Below, piece by piece: positions 57,739 through 64,000 of a DNA stretch of 64,000 bases. Source of the DNA: Sphingomicrobium sp. (GTDB lineage: Bacteria > Pseudomonadota > Alphaproteobacteria > Sphingomonadales > Sphingomonadaceae). Below the pieces are notes generated by a model that was given only the letters and a program-made list of their open reading frames with translations, ran no database searches and had not been told where the DNA came from. Each line of letters begins with the position of its first letter. Position 1 is the first letter of the stretch. Location of the stretch: positions 15,146 to 79,145 of the forward strand of contig JBEDUM010000175.1 in NCBI GenBank assembly GCA_040414585.1, written 5' to 3'. Made by a program: the position numbers and the translations under genes.

Positions 57739-59211
57739 CTAATCCTCCTGCATGTTCGGATCGCGCAAGCCTTCGCCGATCGCGGCGCGGGCTCGATCCG
57801 CCTCGCTGCTGGTCACCGGGTAAGCGCAATAATCGGCGGCATAGAAGGCGCTCGGGCGGTGGTTGCCGGAGAGGCCCACTCCGCCAAACGGAGCATTGGA
57901 AGGAGCACCGTTTGTCGGCTTATTCCGGTTGATCACGCCGGCGCGGACGTTGGCCCAGAACTTGTCATACATCTCCGGGCTACCGCCGACGAGGCTCGCG
58001 GCAAGCCCGTAACGCGTGTTGTTCGCCTCCTTGATCGCGCCATCGAGATCCTTGACCCGAATGACTTGCAGCACCGGACCGAAGACCTCCTCATCCGGCC
58101 GGTCCCTGACGTCGGTCACGTCGATCAGGGCCGGGGTCAGGAAAGGCTTGTCCGCGACGGGCCGGTCGAGGTGGCAGATCGGCTTGGCGCCCTTCATCAT
58201 GAGGCCGAGCCACTGCTCCTGCACGTGATCGGCCGCGGCCAGGTCGATTACCGGGCCCATGAAAGGTTGCGGATCGGCGAACGGCTCACCGACGATCATG
58301 CGGTCGATCAGCTTCCTGATCGCATCGATGAGCTCGACCTGTTTGCCGTCTTCGACGATAAGCCGGCGCGCGGCGGTGCAGCGCTGACCGGCCGTAAGAT
58401 ATGCGGATTGGACGGCAATGATTGCGGCGGCGTCGATGTCCTTGGACTGCCAGACGACGAGCGGATTGTTTCCTCCGAGCTCGAGCGCCAGGATCTTGTT
58501 CGGCGTCTCGGCGAACTGCTTGTGAAGCGACTGCCCCGCTCGCACAGATCCGGTGAAGAGCAGGCCATCAATGCCGGGCTCCGCGGCCAGCGCCCTGCCT
58601 TGGTCGGGGCCCCCGATAAGGAGCCGCGCCACCTCTTCCGGTATCTTTGCCTCGTGCAGGCAGCGGACAAGGAACTCGCCGGTGGCGGGAGTCTTCTCCG
58701 ATGGTTTGAAGACCACGGCGTTGCCGGCAATCAGGGCAGGAATGATGTGGCCGTTCGGCAGGTGCGCGGGGAAATTGTACGGTCCGAGAACGGCAAGCAC
58801 GCCGTGGGGCTTGTGCCGTACCGCGATCTTGTTGCCGAGGGCTGCCTCGAGCTTCCGCTGCGGCGTGCGTTCTGCGTAGGCGTCGACCGAGATCTCGACC
58901 TTGTTGACGACCGCGGCCACCTCGGTCCGTGCTTCCCAGAAGGGCTTCCCGGTCTCTCGTGAGATCAGTCGGGCGAATTCCGTTTCTTTCGAGCGCACGA
59001 CATTCGCGAAGCGGCGTACTGCTTCCACGCGATAGGCGACCGAATGCGCAGCCCACGCCGGCCATCCAGCGCGGGCGGCCGTAACCTCTGCCGCGGCATC
59101 GCCCACCGCACCGGACCAGACCTCCTCGTCGGTCACAGGATCGGTTGAAACGAGGGTGCCGGTGGCCGGACGCTCCGTAATTCGCTCCTGTTCGTTAAGT
59201 TGCCGGTGCAT
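57739..59211 (-). CDS. astD: N-succinylglutamate 5-semialdehyde dehydrogenase
   Basis: GPYNFP.HLPNGH, KPSEKTP, ELGGNNP, AGQRCT, GNHRPSA.YAADYCAYP; start uncertain. Confidence 0.92.
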   Translation of the reverse strand: MHRQLNEQERITERPATGTLVSTDPVTDEEVWSGAVGDAAAEVTAARAGWPAWAAHSVAYRVEAVRRFANVVRSKETEFARLISRETGKPFWEARTEVAAVVNKVEISVDAYAERTPQRKLEAALGNKIAVRHKPHGVLAVLGPYNFPAHLPNGHIIPALIAGNAVVFKPSEKTPATGEFLVRCLHEAKIPEEVARLLIGGPDQGRALAAEPGIDGLLFTGSVRAGQSLHKQFAETPNKILALELGGNNPLVVWQSKDIDAAAIIAVQSAYLTAGQRCTAARRLIVEDGKQVELIDAIRKLIDRMIVGEPFADPQPFMGPVIDLAAADHVQEQWLGLMMKGAKPICHLDRPVADKPFLTPALIDVTDVRDRPDEEVFGPVLQVIRVKDLDGAIKEANNTRYGLAASLVGGSPEMYDKFWANVRAGVINRNKPTNGAPSNAPFGGVGLSGNHRPSAFYAADYCAYPVTSSEADRARAAIGEGLRDPNMQED

Positions 59212-60577
59212 CCCGCTCCATTGCTTCGCCCATACGGCGAACTGCATTAACCTTGTACTCGAACGGCTGCCAGTCGTCGCGTTCAGCGATGGCCGACCAG
59301 ATTGCCTCGACCTCGTCAATGTGCATTGAACAGGGCTCGGCGTCGGACCAATATGGGTGCGACTGCGGCCGATCGCGACCCTTTAGCGCCGCGGCCAATT
59401 TCCGGAACGGATCGGACGGATAAAGTTCTTCGCCGGCATCGCGGCCGCCACGCCAATCAAAGAAGATGCGGTCGATCGTTGCTTCGCGGGTCGCGAGCGC
59501 ATTGATCAGCGCAGCGCCAAGCTCGCGATCTTCCTCGCGACCTGCCGGGGAGACTCCCAGGCGGCGGAGCATTGCATCTACCAATGCATCCTCAAACCGA
59601 CCGCTCCATGCAGAGAGCATGTCCGACAGCGGCGGCGCGTCGGCCACAAGCGACATGCAGCCGGCAAATTGCGCCACGTCCCAGTGGATCGCTTCCGGCT
59701 GCCTACCAAAGGCGTACAGGCCATAATGATCGAAATAAGCTGCGATGAACTCGGGCTCCCATTCCGGAGTGAAGCGCCAGGGGCCGTAGTCGAAGCTTTC
59801 GCCTGTGATGTTGATATTGTCGCTGTTGAGCACGCCGTGGACAAAGCCAGCAGTTAGATAGGATGCCGCGAGCATCGCAGTGGCTCCGATGACCAGGTCG
59901 AACAGCCGCAGAGCGTTCTGCGCGTCGTCCGTCGCAGGACGCTCCGCATAGAGATTTTCGAGGGAGTAGCGGACGAGCTTCTTGATGTTCTCCACCTCGC
60001 CGAAAAAGGCGAGCCGCTGAAACGTGCCAATACGGATATGCCCGTGGCTGAGGCGGGTCAGCACCGATGAACGGGTCGGGGAGGGTTCGTCGCCACGCTC
60101 CAGTGCCTCGCCAGTCTCGAACAGGGCGAAGCTCTTCGATGTGTTGACGCCCAACGCCTCGAGCATCGCGGTCGCCAGGACTTCGCGGACGCCGCCCTTG
60201 AGCGTCAGGCGTCCGTCCGCGCTGCGGCTGTAAGGCGTCTGGCCGGAGCCCTTCGTGCCCAGGTCGAGCAGGCGATCGCGCTCGTCGCGCAGCTGCGCGA
60301 ACGTGAAGCCGCGGCCGTCGCCAATCTCCGGGTTGTACACGCGGAACTGGTGGCCGTGATAACGAAGCGCCAAGGGCTCGGTGAGATTGCCGGGCAACGG
60401 CTCAAACCGGCAGAAATGCGCAGCCCACTGGTCTTTGCTCAGGTCAAGTCCGACCTGCTTCGCCCAACGCTCGTTGAGAAAGCGCGGCGTGCATTGAGGA
60501 AAGCGCGCGGGCTCCACGATGTCGTAGAACTCGGAGCCCAGGTTGAAGACTTTCGGGTCGGGGCGATAGGAAGGCAC
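59195..60577 (-). CDS. selO: SelO/YdiU protein adenylyltransferase
   Basis: YHGHQF, GDGRG, KGSGQTPYSR.ADGR, GFVHGVLNSDN, DYGP. Confidence 0.95.
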   Translation of the reverse strand: MPSYRPDPKVFNLGSEFYDIVEPARFPQCTPRFLNERWAKQVGLDLSKDQWAAHFCRFEPLPGNLTEPLALRYHGHQFRVYNPEIGDGRGFTFAQLRDERDRLLDLGTKGSGQTPYSRSADGRLTLKGGVREVLATAMLEALGVNTSKSFALFETGEALERGDEPSPTRSSVLTRLSHGHIRIGTFQRLAFFGEVENIKKLVRYSLENLYAERPATDDAQNALRLFDLVIGATAMLAASYLTAGFVHGVLNSDNINITGESFDYGPWRFTPEWEPEFIAAYFDHYGLYAFGRQPEAIHWDVAQFAGCMSLVADAPPLSDMLSAWSGRFEDALVDAMLRRLGVSPAGREEDRELGAALINALATREATIDRIFFDWRGGRDAGEELYPSDPFRKLAAALKGRDRPQSHPYWSDAEPCSMHIDEVEAIWSAIAERDDWQPFEYKVNAVRRMGEAMERDAPAT

Positions 60578-60584
60578 CAGCCCG

Positions 60585-61214
60585 TCAGGCAGTCAGCAGC
60601 CGGAGCGTCTCGACCGCAGAACTGTCCGATTCATCCTTGGAGATCGTTCCGACGAACTTCCCCTGGCGATCGAACAGCAGGACGGTTGCAGTGTGCGCGA
60701 TGCTTTGTCCCATCGCCGCGTGGGGTAAAGGCTCGGCGTAGATCCCATATTGTTTCTTGACCCGATCAATCTGCGCCGGAGAGCCGGTCAGGCCAATGAT
60801 CGGCGAGCCGAACAGCTGCGCGTACTGCCCGACTTCCTTCGGACCGTCGTTCTTCGGATCGATCGTCACGAATACTAGATTGAGTCTGTCCTCTGATCCT
60901 GCGTTTCGGCGAAGCTTTACGAGCCGCTGGAGCGTCGTCGGGCAGATGTCGCCACAGCGCGTAAATCCGAAGTAGATCGCATAGGGCTTTCCCACGAGCG
61001 CGCTGCTGGAGAAGGGCTTTCCGTCCCCCGACGTGAGCGTGAATGGGCCGCCGAAGCTTGCCTGAGTGGTTGTGACCACTTGCGATGGATGCTCGGGCTC
61101 GCCTCGGAAGATCATGAGCGCAACAACGACGGCCACCGCCACGGCGATGATCAGCCAAAGCAGGAGCCGGATCTTCTTCAATCTCGGTAACGATGGAGCG
61201 GTTTCGTCTGCCAC
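60585..61214 (-). CDS. SCO1/SenC copper chaperone
   Basis: N-terminal TM, FTRCGDICP, conserved His; GTG 61214 start inferred. Confidence 0.9.
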   Translation of the reverse strand: MADETAPSLPRLKKIRLLLWLIIAVAVAVVVALMIFRGEPEHPSQVVTTTQASFGGPFTLTSGDGKPFSSSALVGKPYAIYFGFTRCGDICPTTLQRLVKLRRNAGSEDRLNLVFVTIDPKNDGPKEVGQYAQLFGSPIIGLTGSPAQIDRVKKQYGIYAEPLPHAAMGQSIAHTATVLLFDRQGKFVGTISKDESDSSAVETLRLLTA

Positions 61215-61316
61215 GGTCGCGTCAGTAGCCGTGAGGCTCTGCTCGTCAACAGTCGCGCACTTAGGAAAGTCGCGATACAGCAGTTGAGAATCACGACGTG
61301 TCACCGGGGATGGGGA

Positions 61317-63380
61317 ATGAATCTGTTCAAGTTGCTTGCCGCTTTCGTATTGCTGTTCGCCACCGTTCCAGCCGTCGCCCAATCGGTCCAGCAGGCCCCC
61401 AATGGCTCCCAGATTGTCGCCAGCACCAATTCGCCTGCCGGCACCATTCACGTCGATCTGACGCTCAATCCGGAAGGGCGCGTCGGCTACATGGTATCGC
61501 GGCTGGGCAAGCCAGTGATCGATGAAAGCCGTCTGGGCTTTCTCTTCACCGACGCCCCCGAGATGCTGCGCAATTTCAAGTTCGCCGGTCATACGACGCG
61601 CAGCTCGGACCAGACTTGGGAGGAGCCGTGGGGTGAGTACCGAAGCATTCGCGACCATTACAATGAGCTTGCCGTCAGCTTCGACGAGACGAAATGGCTC
61701 AAGCGCCGGATGACGGTCGTTTTCCGCGTCTACGACAATGGCGTTGGTTTTCGATACGAGCTGTTCGCGGGGCCGGGTTTCGCCCATGCCAACATTGCGG
61801 ACGAATTGACCGAGTTCAACATTGCCGAGCCAGGCACTGCCTGGTGGGACGAGGCGCTCGAGTGGAACCGCGAGGAATATCTCTATCGCAAGACGCCGAT
61901 CGAGGAGATCGGAACGACGCAGACTCCCGTCACGATAAGAACGAACAGCGGGCTTCACCTGTCGATTCACGAAGCGGCCCTGGTCGATTATTCAGGAATG
62001 GACCTGCGGCGCGTGCAGGGCAGGGTGCTCAAGGCGGACCTGATGCCCTCATCGACGGGGCCGAAGGTCAGCCGCAACCTCCCGCTCGCCACGCCGTGGC
62101 GCGTCATCATGATCGCGCCGGATGCACCGTCGCTTTACAGGTCGGCGCAGATCATCCTGAACCTGAACGAGCCCAACAAGCTCGGCGACGTCAGCTGGGT
62201 TAAGCCAATGAAATATGTCGGCATCTGGTGGGCGATGCATCTCGACAAGGCGACCTGGAACTCGGGGCCGAACCATGGTGCCACCACAACTAACGCCAAG
62301 CGCTACATCGACTTCGCTGCGAAGAACGGCTTCGGCGGCGTGCTGATCGAAGGCTGGAACAAGGGCTGGGACGGCGATTGGTTCGGCAACGGCTGGGACT
62401 TCAGCTTCACCGAGTCCTATCCGGATTTCGATCTTCCCGAGGTCGCGCGCTACGCCAGGTCAAAGGGCGTCGAGATTATCGGCCACCACGAAACCGCCGG
62501 GAATATCGCCAATTACGAAAAGCAGATGGGCGCTGGGTTCGACCTCTACCAGCGGCTCGGCATCCACAACGTAAAGACCGGCTATGTTGCGGACGCTGAC
62601 GGGATTCAGGCGCTCGGCCCTGATGGCAAGATCCACTTCGAATGGCATCAGGGGCAGGTGATGGTGAACCATCATCTGAAGGTCGTGACAGAAGCGGCGA
62701 AGCGGCACATCACGGTGGATGCGCACGAGCCGGTGAAGGACACTGGTTTGCGCCGTACCTACCCGAACTGGGTCTCGCGCGAAGGCGAACGGGGGATGGA
62801 GTACAATGCCTGGGGCGTGCCCAAGAACCCGCCGGAGCATGAGGCGAACCTGATCTTCACGCGCATGCTGTCAGGTCCGATGGATTTCACGCCGGGCGTC
62901 GTGAGCCTGAAGGGCAAGGGGAATACGCAGATCCTCTCGACGCTCGCCAAGCAGCTCGCGCTCTACATCACCATCTACTCGCCCATTCAAATGGCTGCCG
63001 ACCTCCCGGAGAATTACGAGGCGAACCCAAAGGCCTTCCAGTTCATCAAGGACGTAGCCGTCGATTGGGACGACACGCGCGTGCTCGCCGGCGAGGTCGG
63101 TGACTATGCGGTGATCGCGCGCAAGACCCGTGGCTCGCCCGTGTGGTTCATCGGCGCAGTCGGTGACGAGCAGGAGCGCCACTTCGACGTGCCGCTGAGC
63201 TTCCTCGATTCGGGCCGCCGTTACCGAGCGGAAATCTATCGCGACGGCGACGATGCCGATTATCGGACCAATCCGCGCTCGATGGTAGTCGAGCAACGTG
63301 TGGTCACATCGGCCGATCGGCTGGCGCTTCGATTGGCTCCGGGCGGAGGCGCGGCGGTGAGGTTCGTGCCACTCGGCTAG
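61317..63380 (+). CDS. glycoside hydrolase family 97 (SusB-like alpha-glucosidase)
   Basis: signal peptide, KYVGIWW.MH, EGWN, HHET, HEPVK..GL.RTYPN, GPMDFTPG. Confidence 0.96.
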   Translation: MNLFKLLAAFVLLFATVPAVAQSVQQAPNGSQIVASTNSPAGTIHVDLTLNPEGRVGYMVSRLGKPVIDESRLGFLFTDAPEMLRNFKFAGHTTRSSDQTWEEPWGEYRSIRDHYNELAVSFDETKWLKRRMTVVFRVYDNGVGFRYELFAGPGFAHANIADELTEFNIAEPGTAWWDEALEWNREEYLYRKTPIEEIGTTQTPVTIRTNSGLHLSIHEAALVDYSGMDLRRVQGRVLKADLMPSSTGPKVSRNLPLATPWRVIMIAPDAPSLYRSAQIILNLNEPNKLGDVSWVKPMKYVGIWWAMHLDKATWNSGPNHGATTTNAKRYIDFAAKNGFGGVLIEGWNKGWDGDWFGNGWDFSFTESYPDFDLPEVARYARSKGVEIIGHHETAGNIANYEKQMGAGFDLYQRLGIHNVKTGYVADADGIQALGPDGKIHFEWHQGQVMVNHHLKVVTEAAKRHITVDAHEPVKDTGLRRTYPNWVSREGERGMEYNAWGVPKNPPEHEANLIFTRMLSGPMDFTPGVVSLKGKGNTQILSTLAKQLALYITIYSPIQMAADLPENYEANPKAFQFIKDVAVDWDDTRVLAGEVGDYAVIARKTRGSPVWFIGAVGDEQERHFDVPLSFLDSGRRYRAEIYRDGDDADYRTNPRSMVVEQRVVTSADRLALRLAPGGGAAVRFVPLG

Positions 63381-64000
63381 TCGGCGCGAACCCTCAGCAT
63401 CGCTACGGCTCCGATCGCCATCACGACTGCGGCGGCGAGCATCGTCCATATCGGCTGGTCGGGGAAAAAGGCCTTCATGATCGAGCCCATGACCGTCGCG
63501 ACCAGCAGCTGGGGGACGACGATGAAGATGTTGAACAGGCCCATGTATATCCCAAGCTTGCGCTGCGGCAGGCTGCTTGCGAGGATCGCGTAAGGCATGG
63601 CGAGGATCGATGCCCAGGCGATGCCGATCCCGATCTCGGAGACGACCAACATCTTTGGATCGCGGATCAGCAGGAAGCTGGCATAACCCGCGGCCCCGGC
63701 GAGCAGGCAGATCGAGTGCGTGCGCGCCTTGCCGACGGCCCTCGCCAGGAAGGGCAAAAGCGCCAGCGCCGCGATCGCCGCGACACCATTGTAGACAGCA
63801 AACAGCACGCCGACCCAGTTGCCGGCGTCCTGGTAGCCCGCGCTCGCCGGGTCCGGCGACATGTAGAAATCGCGCGCGACCACCGGTGTCGTGTTGATCC
63901 ACATGATGAACAGCGCCGACCAGCTGAAGAACTGCACGACCGCGAGCCGTTTCATCATCGGCGGCATGCCGGAAAAATCGCCGACGATATTCGCAAGCAT
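63377..64000 (-). CDS. MFS/GPH sugar transporter, 5' part outside the window
   Basis: VQFFSW.ALF, GIAWASILAMPY, G.YMGLFN.FIV.PQ. Confidence 0.9.
   Translation of the reverse strand: MLANIVGDFSGMPPMMKRLAVVQFFSWSALFIMWINTTPVVARDFYMSPDPASAGYQDAGNWVGVLFAVYNGVAAIAALALLPFLARAVGKARTHSICLLAGAAGYASFLLIRDPKMLVVSEIGIGIAWASILAMPYAILASSLPQRKLGIYMGLFNIFIVVPQLLVATVMGSIMKAFFPDQPIWTMLAAAVVMAIGAVAMLRVRAD

Noticed and set aside
59195-59260. Selenocysteine recoding in SelO
   Set aside because: No in-frame UGA; the gene ends in TAA.

Overview
GC-rich alphaproteobacterial chromosome segment; protein sequences and gene order point to Sphingomonadaceae (inference). The backbone is the conserved minus-strand run tsaB-rimI-mucR-fur-acyltransferase-miaB-phoH-ybeY-corC-lnt-metK-trmB-rimP-nusA-ylxR-infB-rbfA-truB-rpsO-pnp, interrupted by accessory genes (antisense VOC gene, DUF2231, PQQ dehydrogenase, type III PKS plus methyltransferase, GNAT, site-2 protease). 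The left 10 kb is accessory: a receptor-less CheB / CheB*-CheR-PAS-HWE-kinase module, a GAF-only protein, several small secreted proteins, DUF427 and a PLD gene. The right half holds a valine-catabolism cluster, cytochrome c'/b, M28 peptidase, a TraR-like gene, rnr, kynU, dcd, dnaB, an L,D-transpeptidase, astD-selO-SCO, GH97 and a truncated sugar MFS. I found no rRNA, tRNA, CRISPR array, transposase or integrase. The most notable signals are: (1) the methylation-kinase module with a dead CheB domain and MCP-like EE heptads; (2) three families of REP-like palindromes, two of them inserted in frame inside truB and ylxR; (3) decayed TGTCCGCTT palindromes bracketing single genes downstream of pnp, like cassettes. 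Family assignments come from motif recognition, not database searches. Where I moved a start codon from the ORF track, the evidence says so.
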